NCBI GenBank assembly: GCA_934169575.1
Contig: CAKPOA010000002.1
Span: forward strand, 46,494-110,493
Length of the DNA: 64,000 bases
Direction of reading: 5' to 3'
Origin: an uncultured Clostridia bacterium
GTDB lineage: Bacteria > Bacillota > Clostridia > TANB77 > CAG-508
Position 1 is the stretch's first letter, and each line of letters begins with the position of its first letter. The position numbers and the translations under genes were made by a program. Positions 10,091 through 21,972 of this stretch are shown piece by piece. The notes under the pieces are model-generated. The model was given only the letters and a program-made list of their open reading frames with translations. It was not told the DNA's origin and made no database searches.

Positions 10091-10573
10091 TTATTCTACA
10101 TTTTTATATAATAGTTCTCCATTACTTGTTGTTTTAGTTTTGTAATTAAATACTTCTCCTGTAGAATAATTTATAATATATTGTTGTTCACTTCCTGTTA
10201 TGCCTAACTTTTCTAATATTTCTGAATCTATTTTATAATAATATATTTCATCATCTTGATTTGATGTATCATCATAATTTTCTCCTCTTAAACTTAATGA
10301 ACTAGAAATTTCTTGAAGTGATGTTTTTGCTTCATTAAATGTTATTTTTTCTCCTAATAAAATATTACTATTTTTTGTTTGTTTATATTTTATATCTGTT
10401 TCTAATACAATTTGTTGTACTTGTGTAATTTCTGCTTCTAAAACTGCAGATTTTGTGTCTTTTACATTTTTTTTAGCATCAATTCCCCTAGTTATTGTAA
10501 TACTAGCAATTATTGCAAGTACAACTATTGTAATTACAAGTGTTACCAATGTTATACCTTTTTCATTTTTCAT
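10091..10573 (-). CDS. Prepilin-type N-terminal cleavage/methylation-domain protein (pilin-like)
   Basis: N-terminus MKNEKGITLVTLVITIVVLAIIASITI is a class III signal-like motif followed by a hydrophobic helix. No pilus machinery genes lie nearby. Confidence 0.6.
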   Translation of the reverse strand: MKNEKGITLVTLVITIVVLAIIASITITRGIDAKKNVKDTKSAVLEAEITQVQQIVLETDIKYKQTKNSNILLGEKITFNEAKTSLQEISSSLSLRGENYDDTSNQDDEIYYYKIDSEILEKLGITGSEQQYIINYSTGEVFNYKTKTTSNGELLYKNVE

Positions 10574-10713
10574 CTGAAATCACAATCCTTTCTTTTGTCC
10601 AATATATAATATCATTTTTTTATATTTTTTACAACATTTTTTTGCAAAAAAATTTGATATATTTTCCATAATATGTTATAATTAATATTAGAGATGCAAA
10701 TGGAGGTGCTTTT

Positions 10714-11157
10714 ATGTGGGGATTTTGGCTAATATGTAGTGGAATATTTTTTATTATTGAAATATTTACAACAGGATTTCTTATTTTTTGGCTAGGGATT
10801 GCAGGTTTATGTTCAATGGTTGTAAGTTTCTTTACTTCAAATATTTTTATTCAAACAATAGTATTTGTTGTAGTTTCAATTTTACTTATTTTATTTACAA
10901 GACCATTAATAAATAAATTTTTAAAAATTGATAAAAAAAACATATTACCTACAAATGTCTATAGACTTATTAACAAAGAAGGGATTGTAATCCAAAATAT
11001 AGAGCCATTATCAAATACTGGTAAAGTTAAAGTCGGTGGAGAACTTTGGTCTGCCATATCTGATATGGAAATTGCAAAAGATACACATATAAAAATAACA
11101 GGTGTTGAAGGTGTTAAATTAAAAGTTGAACCTGTAAAACAAACATCAAATAAATAA
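10714..11157 (+). CDS. NfeD-family membrane protein
   Basis: Three N-terminal TM helices and a C-terminal OB-like GKVKVGGELWSAIS motif. Lies upstream of an SPFH gene, the classic NfeD-SPFH pair. Confidence 0.8.
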   Translation: MWGFWLICSGIFFIIEIFTTGFLIFWLGIAGLCSMVVSFFTSNIFIQTIVFVVVSILLILFTRPLINKFLKIDKKNILPTNVYRLINKEGIVIQNIEPLSNTGKVKVGGELWSAISDMEIAKDTHIKITGVEGVKLKVEPVKQTSNK

Positions 11158-11208
11158 GTTTTTTAAATTACCATTATGGTATTAATATAAATTAAAGGAG
11201 GATATATT

Positions 11209-12114
11209 ATGGGATTTTTAATAATTTTACTTATTATTATTGTAGTAATAGCTCTAACATCAATTAAAGTAGTAAATCAATCTGAAGTATATATTATTGA
11301 AAGATTAGGTAAGTTTCAAAAAATGGCAGATGCAGGTCTTACTATAATAATTCCATTTTTCGACAGAGTAAGTTCAGTAGTTTTACTTAAAGAACAAACT
11401 ATGGACATTCCACCACAAGGTGTTATAACAAAAGATAATGTTACAATAAACATAGATACAGTTGTATTTTATCAAATAACAGATCCTGTAAAGGCTGTTT
11501 ATGAAATACAAAATTTGAAAAAAGGTATTGAATATCTTGCAATTACAACTATTCGTGATATTGTTGGTAAAATGGATCTTGATGAAACATTTGGTTCACG
11601 TGATTCGATAAATTATCAATTATGTTCTATCTTAGATGAGGCAACAGATAAATGGGGTTGTAAAATAAATAGAGTTGAAATAAAAGATATCAATCCACCA
11701 GCAGATATTAGAGATGCAATGGAAAAGCAAATGAATGCTGAGCGTAATAAAAGAGCTCTTATTTTAGAAGCTGAAGCACAAAAACAAGCTGACATTACAG
11801 TTGCTGAAGGTAAAAAACAAGCATCTATTCTTGAAGCTGAAGCTGATAGTGAAGCTAAAATTAGACGTGCCGCAGGTGAGGCTAAAGCTATAAAACAAGT
11901 TGCTGAGGCTAAAGCACAAGAAATTGCTATGGTCTATAAAGCAATGATGGAAGCTAATCCAAATGATAAATTAGTTCAATTAAAATCATTAGAAGCTTTA
12001 TCAAAAATTGCAGATGGTGAGGCAAATAAAGTATTTATACCATTTGAAGCAACTTCAGCATTAAGTGGAATCGGAGCAATGTCTGATATAGTAAAAGAAA
12101 AAGATAAAAAATAA
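11209..12114 (+). CDS. SPFH/band-7 (stomatin-like) protein
   Basis: 301 aa. N-terminal TM helix, SPFH core (VVNQSEVYIIERLGKF, DTVVFYQITDP) and an Ala/Glu-rich coiled-coil tail. Confidence 0.88.
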   Translation: MGFLIILLIIIVVIALTSIKVVNQSEVYIIERLGKFQKMADAGLTIIIPFFDRVSSVVLLKEQTMDIPPQGVITKDNVTINIDTVVFYQITDPVKAVYEIQNLKKGIEYLAITTIRDIVGKMDLDETFGSRDSINYQLCSILDEATDKWGCKINRVEIKDINPPADIRDAMEKQMNAERNKRALILEAEAQKQADITVAEGKKQASILEAEADSEAKIRRAAGEAKAIKQVAEAKAQEIAMVYKAMMEANPNDKLVQLKSLEALSKIADGEANKVFIPFEATSALSGIGAMSDIVKEKDKK

Positions 12115-12120
12115 TATTTA

Positions 12121-12162
12121 AAAAAGAAAAACAATATCAAATTAATATTGTTTTTCTTTTTT
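12121..12162. terminator. Bidirectional rho-independent terminator
   Basis: Perfect palindrome AAAAAGAAAAACAATAT-caaatt-AATATTGTTTTTCTTTTT between convergent genes. Confidence 0.7.
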
Positions 12163-12468
12163 TCATCTTTTTCTTCTACAATAACACCCTGTATTATTTG
12201 AATTAATGCTATTATTATTTGTTTCTTCTTCCTCATATGTCATAAAATTCACTTTAATAATATATGCTGTTATAAATGCAATTATTGAGTAAATTATTGT
12301 TGCAATCAAAGCTTCTGCAAGTGAACCAGAGAAAGCTGCAAATGCTATAATTAAATATATAGCAAAAAATGTAATTCCTACTAATATGGGACATTTTAAA
12401 ACTGTCTGTAAAACAATAGAGAGTAAAATTGTTGCAAGTGGTAATGCAAAAAATACTAATAAATTCAT
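12163..12468 (-). CDS. Small hypothetical membrane protein
   Basis: 101 aa with three predicted hydrophobic helices and a basic Cys-containing tail (GCYCRRKR). No recognisable family. Confidence 0.45.
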   Translation of the reverse strand: MNLLVFFALPLATILLSIVLQTVLKCPILVGITFFAIYLIIAFAAFSGSLAEALIATIIYSIIAFITAYIIKVNFMTYEEEETNNNSINSNNTGCYCRRKR

Positions 12469-12520
12469 ATAAGCCTCCTCTTTGTTTATTTATATATTTT
12501 ATGCATTACATTTTTTATTG

Positions 12521-14020
12521 TTACTTTTGAGCAAGATCTACTTCAAAATAAAATTCTACACCACCTGCTACATTTTTAACACCATATTTATTTCCATAAT
12601 TATTCATAATTGCTTTTACTAAAGAAAGCCCTATTCCATTTCCACCTTTTGAACGATTTCTTGATTCATCTAATTTATAAAATCTATTCCAGATTCTTGT
12701 CATCTCTTCTTCAGATAATCCATTAAATGTATTAAATATTTTAACTCTAAGTTTATTTGTTTTTATATTGATTTCATTTTTAATTTCTATTCTTTTTTCA
12801 CCATTAATTTCTGTTGAATATTTTATTGCATTCATAATATAGTTTGTCAAAACTTGTTCAATATAAAAATCATCTGCATAAATATTTATATTTTCGCATT
12901 GTTCAAAATTCACATTAATATTTTCTTTTTCAATCATAACTTGTGATTTTCTAAGAATCTCTTTTTCTAATTCTACAATATTAAATTCACTATTATTAAA
13001 TTCCATTTTTCCATATTCAAGTTTCATTAATTCTAAAAGTCTTTTAACAAGTTTATCCATTTTAGTTGCTTCATCTAAAATAACTTCAGCATAAAAATGT
13101 TTACTTTCTTCATCAGTATTTACATTTTCAAGCAAACCTTCGCTATATCCCTGAATTAATGCAATAGGTGTTTTTAATTCATGAGACACATCTGAGATAA
13201 AACTTTTTCTCATTTCATCAATTTGGGATTTTTCTTCTACATCTTTTTCAAGTTCAAAATTAGTTCTTTTTAATTGTTTTATAGTACTTTCTAATTTATC
13301 AGAAAGTACATTGATACTTTTTCCCAATTCATCAATCTCATCATTTGTTGTTGAACATTTATACTTTTGACTAAAATTTAAATTTGACATTTGTTTTGCT
13401 ATGTTTTCTAATTCCTGTATTGGTTTACTAAATCTTTTAGAAACAATATTTATAACAAATGTTCCAATCAAAAGTACAAATATTGCAATTATATATAAAA
13501 ATTTATTCGATATTTTTACACTTTCTTGTATTGAGGTCATAGGCATTCTAATATATAATTTATATCCATTATCTAACTTTGCAGTAATCATTATATATCT
13601 TATATTTGTACCAGTATCATTTACCTCACTAACCATAAAATTTTGTTCTTGTTCTAGAATAACATAATCTCTATCTCTAAAGTCTCTTGATGACATTATT
13701 GCAAATTGCAAAATACTAGAAAAAAAATCTTTATTTGAAAAATATATATTTTCATCAGAATCATTTTTGATTAAAATATCAAAATCATTTTTAATTGATA
13801 TTCTTTCAAGTTGGCTATTTATATAATCTTGTTCATAATCTTGATTATAATATTCATTTACCAAACTATATACTTTTTTTAATCCTTCTTTTTTATTATA
13901 CACATAAAATTTTTCTAAGACAAAATTATTTAATAAAATTGAAAGAGTCACAATTAAAAGAACAATTACACAAAGAGATAAAAATAATTTTGCTCTTATT
14001 GATGTAAATACTTTTTTCAT
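12521..14020 (-). CDS. Sensor histidine kinase (HAMP-HisKA-HATPase)
   Basis: H-box FISDVSHELKTPIA, N-box NAIKYS and G-box GGNGIGLSLVK, with two TM helices. I take the start as the ATG at 14020, based on RBS spacing. Confidence 0.9.
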   Translation of the reverse strand: MKKVFTSIRAKLFLSLCVIVLLIVTLSILLNNFVLEKFYVYNKKEGLKKVYSLVNEYYNQDYEQDYINSQLERISIKNDFDILIKNDSDENIYFSNKDFFSSILQFAIMSSRDFRDRDYVILEQEQNFMVSEVNDTGTNIRYIMITAKLDNGYKLYIRMPMTSIQESVKISNKFLYIIAIFVLLIGTFVINIVSKRFSKPIQELENIAKQMSNLNFSQKYKCSTTNDEIDELGKSINVLSDKLESTIKQLKRTNFELEKDVEEKSQIDEMRKSFISDVSHELKTPIALIQGYSEGLLENVNTDEESKHFYAEVILDEATKMDKLVKRLLELMKLEYGKMEFNNSEFNIVELEKEILRKSQVMIEKENINVNFEQCENINIYADDFYIEQVLTNYIMNAIKYSTEINGEKRIEIKNEINIKTNKLRVKIFNTFNGLSEEEMTRIWNRFYKLDESRNRSKGGNGIGLSLVKAIMNNYGNKYGVKNVAGGVEFYFEVDLAQK

Positions 14021-14042
14021 TTTATAGTACATTCCCTTCTAA

Positions 14043-14723
14043 CTAATTTTTCACTTCAAATTTATATCCGATTCCTCTTATTGTTTCTATATATCTTCCT
14101 TTTTTTCCTAACTTATGTCTTATCTTTTTTATGTGACTATCAATAGTTCTTGAATCTCCATAATAATCATAATTCCATACATTATTTAAAATTTTTTCTC
14201 TTGATAAAGCTACTTTTTCATTATCTAATAAATACTTTAAAAGCTCATATTCTCTGAGACTAAGTTCAATTGGTTTACCATCAACAGTAACAGTTCTACC
14301 AATTTCATCTATCTCAATTCCATCAAAATTTCTTACTTGTTTTGATTCACCTTTAATTCTTTTTAATATTGCATCAATTCTAGCAACCAAAATTCTTGGG
14401 CTAAATGGTTTTGATACATATTCATCAACACCTAACTCAAATCCAAATAATTCATCTTGTTCCTCTCCTCTTGCGGTTAACATTATTACAGGTGTTTTAG
14501 CCTCTTGTCTTATTTTTCTAAGTACAGTCCAACCGTCAACTTTCGGCATCATAACATCTAAAATAACTAAATCTATTTTTTCTTTATTTAACTCAAATAT
14601 TTCAAGTGCTTTTTCTCCATCTTCTGCTTCTAAAATTTTATATCCTTTAGCATTTAAAAAATCTTTAATAAGTTTTCTCATTCTTTCTTCATCATCTACA
14701 ACTAGTATTGTAATATTATCCAC
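14043..14723 (-). CDS. OmpR-family response regulator
   Basis: Receiver ILVVDDE...DLVILDVMMP plus a winged-helix C-terminus (TIRGIGYKF). Adjacent to the kinase. Confidence 0.93.
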   Translation of the reverse strand: MDNITILVVDDEERMRKLIKDFLNAKGYKILEAEDGEKALEIFELNKEKIDLVILDVMMPKVDGWTVLRKIRQEAKTPVIMLTARGEEQDELFGFELGVDEYVSKPFSPRILVARIDAILKRIKGESKQVRNFDGIEIDEIGRTVTVDGKPIELSLREYELLKYLLDNEKVALSREKILNNVWNYDYYGDSRTIDSHIKKIRHKLGKKGRYIETIRGIGYKFEVKN

Positions 14724-14791
14724 AAATAATCCCTCCTATAACTTATAGTAATTATTATACAATATCTATATGAATTTTATGTGAACATTTT

Positions 14792-14997
14792 GTTAATAGT
14801 CAGCCTTTTTAAATTCTAAATCCTAGAAATTTATATTATATTATTTTTTAATACCGCGTAAGCGACCAAACGAGCATAGCGAGTGCGATTGGAGCAATTT
14901 TCATTTGTTTATTTTTAAATATGGAAATTGCGACTGCAAGGTATGAAAAATAATATAATATAAGTTTTTAGGGTAAATATTTTAAGGCTGACTTAAC
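14792..14997 (+). repeat. MITE-like intergenic repeat, copy B
   Basis: Terminal inverted repeats GTTAATAGTCAGCC (14792..14805) and GGCTGACTTAAC (14986..14997). The GC-rich core 14851..14950 is shared with copies A and C. Confidence 0.8.
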
Positions 14998-15002
14998 AAA
15001 TT

Positions 15003-16061
15003 TTAAGTATTTTTTATCTCCATTGTTTCTAATGCAAGTTTAATATCATTTTGTTTTATAATATTCATTATTTCATAATTTAATTTTCCTTTTTCTATAC
15101 AAAATTGATCAAAATCTGTAACATTTAAATAACAGTAAATATGTATATTATAATCATCCGAATTTATTTGTTTTAAAAATACATTTGCACTTTGCTCAAC
15201 AACCATATCATAATTATTCAAAAAGTCTAAAACAGAATGTTCAAAATTTGATAATTTGGCTAAACTTGTATCAAAATTAACTTGTAAATCTATTTCATAT
15301 AATCTTTTCTTTATTCTACTTATATTCACAACAGTTGTACTGGAAATAACAGAATTTGGTACTTGTGCTAAAGAATTGTCACGCATTCTAACTCTTGTAC
15401 TTCTAAAAGTTATATCTTCAATAGTACCTTCATATGTCCCAAATTTCACATAATCTCCAACCTGAAATGGTTTATCTAATGCAATCATTATTCCGCTAAA
15501 TAAATTTTTCAAAGTATCTTGTGCAGCAAGTGTTAACACAACACTTCCAAGTCCAAGGCCTGTAACTAATCCACTTAGATCATACCCTAACTCGGCAATA
15601 ATCATAAAACCTGCAATAATATATATTAATACTTTTATCATTCTTATCAAAAATTTTACTGATGAATTTTCAATATCTTTTTCAGATTTATCAATAATTT
15701 TTCTTACTAAAAAAGATTCTTTATCTATACTTTTTGCAAGTCCAATAGCAGTATTTAATATTACAATAACTTTAAATATTTTTGTTGCAATATTCATAAA
15801 ATTATCATCAATATTTAAAGTTGGTTTTAAAAACAATAATGCTAAATATACACCTAATACCTTAAAAAATGATTTTAAAGGTATATAAAAAGCATTTTTT
15901 TTAATTTTAGCACCTTTTTCTTTAAATTTAAATATTTTAATTACTGCATAAGAAAAAAGCGGACTAAAGATGTCTAAAACCGCAATTATTAATACAGCAA
16001 TTACTAAATCTACTGTTTCTTGACCAGTTAAATTTTCTAAAAAACTCTTTATATTTGACAT
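15003..16061 (-). CDS. Mechanosensitive ion channel (MscS family)
   Basis: LKNLFSGIMIALDKPFQVGDYV...GTIEDITFRSTRVR is the MscS beta-domain signature. Multiple TM helices at the N-terminus. Confidence 0.88.
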   Translation of the reverse strand: MSNIKSFLENLTGQETVDLVIAVLIIAVLDIFSPLFSYAVIKIFKFKEKGAKIKKNAFYIPLKSFFKVLGVYLALLFLKPTLNIDDNFMNIATKIFKVIVILNTAIGLAKSIDKESFLVRKIIDKSEKDIENSSVKFLIRMIKVLIYIIAGFMIIAELGYDLSGLVTGLGLGSVVLTLAAQDTLKNLFSGIMIALDKPFQVGDYVKFGTYEGTIEDITFRSTRVRMRDNSLAQVPNSVISSTTVVNISRIKKRLYEIDLQVNFDTSLAKLSNFEHSVLDFLNNYDMVVEQSANVFLKQINSDDYNIHIYCYLNVTDFDQFCIEKGKLNYEIMNIIKQNDIKLALETMEIKNT

Positions 16062-16081
16062 TTATTCCACTTCCTTTTATA

Positions 16082-17257
16082 TTAAACCATATAATCTCTT
16101 AATTTTTTACTTCTACTAGGATGTCTTAATTTTCTAAGTGCTTTTGCTTCAATTTGACGTATTCTTTCTCTTGTTACATCAAATTCTTTACCAACTTCTT
16201 CTAGAGTTCTTGCTTTTCCATCATCCAGTCCAAACCTTAATCTCAATACTTTTGCTTCTCTTGAAGTTAATGTTGACATTACCTCTTCAAGTTGCTCTTT
16301 TAATAATGTATATGCAGCAACATCTTGAGGTTCAGGTGAATCATCATCTTGAATAAAATCTCCCAAATGGCTATCATCTTCTTCACCTATTGGAGTTTCT
16401 AAAGAAACTGGATCTTGTGCAATTTTTTGTATTTCCATTACTTTTTCAACAGGCATTTCTAATTCCTTTGAAAGTTCTTCAGGTGTAGGCTCTCTTCCCA
16501 TTTGTTGTAACATATGTCTTGAAGTTCTAATTAATTTATTTATAGTTTCTACCATATGAACAGGTATTCTGATTGTTCTTGCTTGATCAGCAATAGCTCT
16601 TGTTATTGATTGCCTGATCCACCATGTTGCATATGTGCTAAATTTAAATCCTTTAGTATAATCAAATTTTTCAACAGCTTTTATTAATCCCATATTTCCT
16701 TCTTGAATTAAATCTAAAAATAGCATACCTCTTCCAACATATTTTTTTGCTATACTTACAACAAGCCTTAAATTTGCTTCAGCAAGTTCTTGTTTTGCTT
16801 CTTCATCACCTTGTAAAACTCTTTCTGCAAGTTTAGTTTCATCTTCATATGATAATAGTGGAATTCTACCAATTTCTCTTAAATACATTCTTACAGGATC
16901 ATCAACACTTATTCCTTCAAAATCGTCTGGTCCTATATCATCTAATTTCAAATTTTCAACTTCTTCTAAATCTTCTTCATCTGGTCCTTCTTCAAAATCA
17001 TCTCCAAAAAGATTTACTCCCATTTTCTCCATTGCATCAAAAATTTTTTCCATTTGGCTTGGATTAGCATCATCTAATTCAGATGCAAGTTCCCCATATG
17101 TTATTTTTCCTTTTTCTTTTGCTTTTTCTAATATTTTTTTAACTTTTTCTTTTGTTTTTTCATCACTATTTTCGGCTTTATTTTCAACATCTGTTTCATT
17201 TTTCACTTCAATATTTTCATTGTTTAATACTTCATTTTTCTTTTCTTTTTCATTCAT
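16082..17257 (-). CDS. sigA: RNA polymerase primary sigma factor
   Basis: Regions 1.2-4.2 are present: [35 protein letters not shown] and [30 protein letters not shown]. Paired with dnaG. Confidence 0.96.
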   Translation of the reverse strand: MNEKEKKNEVLNNENIEVKNETDVENKAENSDEKTKEKVKKILEKAKEKGKITYGELASELDDANPSQMEKIFDAMEKMGVNLFGDDFEEGPDEEDLEEVENLKLDDIGPDDFEGISVDDPVRMYLREIGRIPLLSYEDETKLAERVLQGDEEAKQELAEANLRLVVSIAKKYVGRGMLFLDLIQEGNMGLIKAVEKFDYTKGFKFSTYATWWIRQSITRAIADQARTIRIPVHMVETINKLIRTSRHMLQQMGREPTPEELSKELEMPVEKVMEIQKIAQDPVSLETPIGEEDDSHLGDFIQDDDSPEPQDVAAYTLLKEQLEEVMSTLTSREAKVLRLRFGLDDGKARTLEEVGKEFDVTRERIRQIEAKALRKLRHPSRSKKLRDYMV

Positions 17258-17270
17258 TCTAAATTCACCT

Positions 17271-19055
17271 CTATTTTAATTTTACTAATTCTAAAATTAT
17301 ATTATTAAGTTCAATACCTAGTTGTTTTTTCTTTTCAATATCAATTTCTTGTTCTTCTTGTCTTAATATTTCATCACGTCTTTTTTCAAGCTTTTCTCTT
17401 TTATATTTATGAATTATTTCTGTTATTGCTTTTTTATTGTCTGTAATCCCATAATCTTCTGTCATAATTGATGTTATATGATCTTGCAAATTATCATCTT
17501 GCATGTGATTTAATATTATATTAATATTATAATTTTTATTTTCAATTTCAGTATATATCTCAGACAATATTTTTTTATTTATTTCACTTTTAAAATCATC
17601 TATTGCTATATTTTCTTTTATTATTTGATATGTATCTAAATTGTTTAATAATATTGCAATTATTGTATTTTCTCTTTTTAATATTTCTTTTGATATATTT
17701 TCTTCTTGCTTTTTCACTTTTATTATTGGTTTATTTTTTTCGAGAATCCTACTATCTTTTCTATTTGAATATTGTAACTTATTTACTTCTGCATATATTG
17801 CTTCTTTAGATATATTATACCCTTTTGCTATCTTTTCTATGTATATCTCTTTTTCCATTGTATTATCTATTTTAGCAATTAATTTTGCAATTTCATTTAA
17901 AAATTTAATTTTATCACTTGCATTTTCTAGATTTAAATCTTTCTTTAGAATTTTAACTTTATATTCTATTAATGATATTGCATCATCTAAAATTTTTTTA
18001 AATCTTGCAGCACCATATTTTACAACAAATTCATCAGGATCTTTTGCATCATGTATTTGCAAAACTCTAATATCACACCCCATATTTTGCATAATTTCCA
18101 TAGCCCTTAAAATTGCGGTTTGGCCAGCATCATCAGCATCAAATCCTAAAATTACTTTTTCAGTACTTTTTCTAAGAAGCCACCCCTGGTTGGTTGTAAG
18201 TGCTGTTCCTAATGCTGCAACAACATTTTTTATTCCTCTTTGATGAAGTGATATAACATCCATATATCCTTCTACAATTAATAATTGTTTTTTTATATCA
18301 CTTTTTTTTGCAACATTTAATCCAAATAAATGCTTTCCTTTACTATATACCACATTTTCTGGTGAATTTATATACTTAGGTTTAGAATCATCTAATACTC
18401 TACCACCAAATGCAATTACTCTTCCTCTTTCATCACATATTGGTATCATTAGTCTATTTCTATATCTATCAATATATGTCCCATTATCATTTTTATTTAC
18501 TAATCCAGATTCTAATATTTCTTCATCTTGAAATCCATTTTGCCTTAATGATTTATATAATTCATCAAATTTTCCTGAAAAGCCTATTTTAAAATTTTCT
18601 AATGTTTCATTATTCAATTTTCTTTTTTTTACATATTCTTGTCCTAATTTTGCATCTGGTGTATATAATCTTTTATGATAATATTCTGCTGCATATGAAT
18701 TTACTTTATACACTTTTGCTCTTAATTCATCTTTTCTACTTTCTAAATCATTTTGAATTGTTGGTAATGTAATATTTGCTTTTTCTGCCAAAAGTTGTAT
18801 ACTTTCTCTATATCCTATATCTTCAATTTTACGTACAAATGTTATTACATTTCCTCCAACTCCACATCCAAAACAGTGAAATATCTGTTTTTCTGGTGAT
18901 ACAGAAAGTGATGGTGATTTTTCATTGTGAAATGGGCATATTCCAAAATAATTTCTTCCACTTCTTTTTAAATGTATGTATTGTGATATAACTTCTACTA
19001 TGTCATTTGATCTAATTACTTCATCTATTATCTCATCACTATATCTCACATACAT
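17271..19055 (-). CDS. dnaG: DNA primase
   Basis: Zinc finger [13 protein letters not shown]...FHCFGCG and [15 protein letters not shown]. Confidence 0.95.
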   Translation of the reverse strand: MYVRYSDEIIDEVIRSNDIVEVISQYIHLKRSGRNYFGICPFHNEKSPSLSVSPEKQIFHCFGCGVGGNVITFVRKIEDIGYRESIQLLAEKANITLPTIQNDLESRKDELRAKVYKVNSYAAEYYHKRLYTPDAKLGQEYVKKRKLNNETLENFKIGFSGKFDELYKSLRQNGFQDEEILESGLVNKNDNGTYIDRYRNRLMIPICDERGRVIAFGGRVLDDSKPKYINSPENVVYSKGKHLFGLNVAKKSDIKKQLLIVEGYMDVISLHQRGIKNVVAALGTALTTNQGWLLRKSTEKVILGFDADDAGQTAILRAMEIMQNMGCDIRVLQIHDAKDPDEFVVKYGAARFKKILDDAISLIEYKVKILKKDLNLENASDKIKFLNEIAKLIAKIDNTMEKEIYIEKIAKGYNISKEAIYAEVNKLQYSNRKDSRILEKNKPIIKVKKQEENISKEILKRENTIIAILLNNLDTYQIIKENIAIDDFKSEINKKILSEIYTEIENKNYNINIILNHMQDDNLQDHITSIMTEDYGITDNKKAITEIIHKYKREKLEKRRDEILRQEEQEIDIEKKKQLGIELNNIILELVKLK

Positions 19056-19195
19056 TCACTCCTTTTCTAAAAATCTCCTATATTATATTATTCGACCAAT
19101 TTTACATAAATCCCTCTTTTTGTTTCATTTTTTTCCATTTGCAACCTAAAAAGAACAGACATTTACATTTTATATTAATTGTCTGTCCTATTGTT

Positions 19196-20938
19196 TTAAT
19201 CAATATCAAGTTTTATATGAACATCTTTTAATTGTTGATTACTTACAACAGAAGGAGCATTCATAAGTAAGTCTCTTGCTCTTTTATTTTTAGGAAATGC
19301 TATTATTTCTCTTATATTTTGAGAATTTGCAATAAGCATAACCATTCTGTCTACTCCAGGAGCAGCGCCAGCATGTGGTGGAGTTCCATATTGGAAAGCA
19401 TTATATAATGCTCCAAATCTATTTTCAACTTCTTGTTCAGTATATCCAGCTATTTCAAATGCTTTAACCATTATTTCTGGACTGTGATTTCTAACAGCAC
19501 CAGAAGCCATTTCATATCCATTACAAACTAAGTCATATTGATATGCTAAAATATCAAGTGGATCCATATTTTCTAATGCTTCTAATCCACCTTGTGGCAT
19601 TGAAAAAGGATTATGTGAAAAATCAATTTTACCTTCATCAGATAATTCATACATAGGAAAATCTACTATAAAGCAAAATCTATATGTATTTTTTTCTAAT
19701 AAATCTAATCTTTTCCCAAGCTCAATTCTAACAAGACCAGCTATTTTTTGTGCAACATTAAATTCATCTGCGACAAAAAAGATTGCACTATTTCTAGTTG
19801 CTCCATAATCTGATATTAATTTTTCTTTTATATCATCTGTTATAAATTTAGCTATTCCACCTTCACATATATTTTCCTCATTGATTTTTGTCCATGCCAA
19901 TCCTTTAGCACCACATTCTGTAACTGCAAAATCAGATATTTTATCGAAAAATTTTCTTCCTTGAGTACCACATTCTGGAACAACAATTATTTTAACTGTT
20001 TTATTTTTAAATGCATTAAAATCTGTATTTTCAAATAATTCAGTTGCATCTTGTATAATTAATGGATTTCTTAAATCTGGTTTATCAATACCATATTTCT
20101 CCATAGCCTCTTTATATGGTATACGTATAAATGGTCCTTTATCAACTTTCCAATTTGTGAATTTTTCAAATATATATGGTACAACTTCTTCTATCACTCC
20201 AAAAACATCTTCTTGTGTAGCAAAAGCCATCTCAAAATCTAGTTGATAAAACTCTCCTGGAGCTCTATCTGCTCTTGGATCTTCATCTCTAAAACATGGT
20301 GCAATTTGAAAATATTTATCAAAACCAGATACCATTAATAATTGTTTAAATTGTTGAGGTGCTTGTGGTAAAGCATAAAATTCCCCTGGATTTAATCTAC
20401 TTGGTACTAAATAATCTCTTGCACCTTCTGGTGATGAATTTGCAAGTATAGGTGTTTGAATTTCTGTAAATTCTAGTTCATCCATCTTATCTCTTATAGC
20501 TTTTAAGATTTTAGAACGTAATAAAATATTATTATGCAATTTTTCATTTCTCAAATCTAAAAATCTATATTCTAATCTTAAATCTTCTCTAACATCTTGT
20601 TCTTTATTTATTTCAAATGGCAACATATTTTTGCATTTACCTAAAATTTCTAGTTTTTCTGCAATAACTTCAATATCACCTGTTTTCATTTTTGAATTTT
20701 TGCTTGTTCTTTCCACAACATTTCCACAAATATGTATACAACTTTCTGTTGTACATTCTTTAGCTTTTTCTTGAATTTTTTCATCATTAATAACAATTTG
20801 AGTAATACCTGTTTGATCTCTTAAATCAATAAAAATCATACCACCCAAATTTCTTATTTTTTGAATCCACCCTGAAAGTTCAACATATTCACCCACATTT
20901 TCAATTCTTAATTCACCTAATTTTTTTGTTCTATACAT
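19196..20938 (-). CDS. aspS: Aspartyl-tRNA synthetase
   Basis: 580 aa. Class II motifs FRDEDPRADRAPGEFYQLDFEMAF and GAAPGVDRMVML, with an N-terminal OB anticodon-binding domain. Confidence 0.93.
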   Translation of the reverse strand: MYRTKKLGELRIENVGEYVELSGWIQKIRNLGGMIFIDLRDQTGITQIVINDEKIQEKAKECTTESCIHICGNVVERTSKNSKMKTGDIEVIAEKLEILGKCKNMLPFEINKEQDVREDLRLEYRFLDLRNEKLHNNILLRSKILKAIRDKMDELEFTEIQTPILANSSPEGARDYLVPSRLNPGEFYALPQAPQQFKQLLMVSGFDKYFQIAPCFRDEDPRADRAPGEFYQLDFEMAFATQEDVFGVIEEVVPYIFEKFTNWKVDKGPFIRIPYKEAMEKYGIDKPDLRNPLIIQDATELFENTDFNAFKNKTVKIIVVPECGTQGRKFFDKISDFAVTECGAKGLAWTKINEENICEGGIAKFITDDIKEKLISDYGATRNSAIFFVADEFNVAQKIAGLVRIELGKRLDLLEKNTYRFCFIVDFPMYELSDEGKIDFSHNPFSMPQGGLEALENMDPLDILAYQYDLVCNGYEMASGAVRNHSPEIMVKAFEIAGYTEQEVENRFGALYNAFQYGTPPHAGAAPGVDRMVMLIANSQNIREIIAFPKNKRARDLLMNAPSVVSNQQLKDVHIKLDID

Positions 20939-21923
20939 AATTTTCTCCTTTTATACTATTAAAATATCTATCTAACTCAGTTATTATTTCATCTTTATTT
21001 TCTAAAAAATTTATTTTTCCTCTAAACACACTTGAATCTGGCAATCCTTTAGTATAATAGCTTATATGTTTTCTAAATTCACGTATACCTGTATATTCAC
21101 CTTTTTCTTTTAGTTCTAAATCAAAATGTTCTTTTATCAATTCAAGCCTTTTTTCTAAATCAACATCTTCCAAAAATTCTCCATTTTTTAAATAATATTG
21201 TATTTTTTGAAATATCCATGGATTTCCTAAAGAACCTCTTCCTATCATTATTCCATCTACGCCCGTTTTTTCAAACATATTTAATGCAGATTTTTCATCT
21301 ACAATATCACCATTTCCAATAACAGGTATATTAACAGATTGTTTCACTTTTTTTATTATTTCTAAATCTGCTTTTCCAGAATAATAGTCTTCTCTTGTTC
21401 TTCCATGAACTGTTATAGCTGAAACTCCAAGTTTTTCTGCAATTTTTGCAATTTCTATACCAACAATATTATTTTTATTCCATCCACTCCTAATCTTTAA
21501 TGTTACAGGTTTTAATGAATTATCTACAACAGATTTTATAACTTCACCTGCTTTTTCTAAATCCATTAACAATCTACTTCCATCACCATTTTTTGTAACT
21601 TTAGGTGCAGGACACCCCATATTTATATCAACAATATCAGATATTTCTGAAACATATTTTGCTGCATATCCCATAGTTTCTGGATCACTTCCAAATATTT
21701 GTATTGCAATCGGTCTTTTTTCTCCATCTATATTCATAAGTTTTTTTGTTTTTTCATCATTATAAAATATAGCTTTCGAACTTACCATTTCTGTTGTTAC
21801 AAGCCCAGGCTCAAATTTTTCCACAATTTTTCTAAATGGCAGGTCTGTTATACCTGCCATAGGAGCTAATAATATATTATTTTTCAATTCTACATTTCCA
21901 ATTTTTAAAGTGTGTAAATACAT
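20931..21923 (-). CDS. dus: tRNA-dihydrouridine synthase
   Basis: LAPMAGITDLPFRKI, NMGCPAPKV and a TIM-barrel pattern. Overlaps the aspS start by 8 nt. Confidence 0.9.
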   Translation of the reverse strand: MYLHTLKIGNVELKNNILLAPMAGITDLPFRKIVEKFEPGLVTTEMVSSKAIFYNDEKTKKLMNIDGEKRPIAIQIFGSDPETMGYAAKYVSEISDIVDINMGCPAPKVTKNGDGSRLLMDLEKAGEVIKSVVDNSLKPVTLKIRSGWNKNNIVGIEIAKIAEKLGVSAITVHGRTREDYYSGKADLEIIKKVKQSVNIPVIGNGDIVDEKSALNMFEKTGVDGIMIGRGSLGNPWIFQKIQYYLKNGEFLEDVDLEKRLELIKEHFDLELKEKGEYTGIREFRKHISYYTKGLPDSSVFRGKINFLENKDEIITELDRYFNSIKGENYV

Positions 21924-21972
21924 TTCTCCTCCTCAACCAAATTTTCCTCAAACAACATATTTGAGGAGAATT

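Noticed and set aside
17641-18243. 200-aa plus-strand ORF antisense to dnaG, and the many similar 60-130-aa antisense ORFs in the track (for example 24175..24534, 30808..31197, 8864..9229, 51904..52263)
   Set aside because: These are F/L/I/S-rich low-complexity translations, typical of the antisense strand of AT-rich genes. They are fully nested in well-supported genes and have no start signals.
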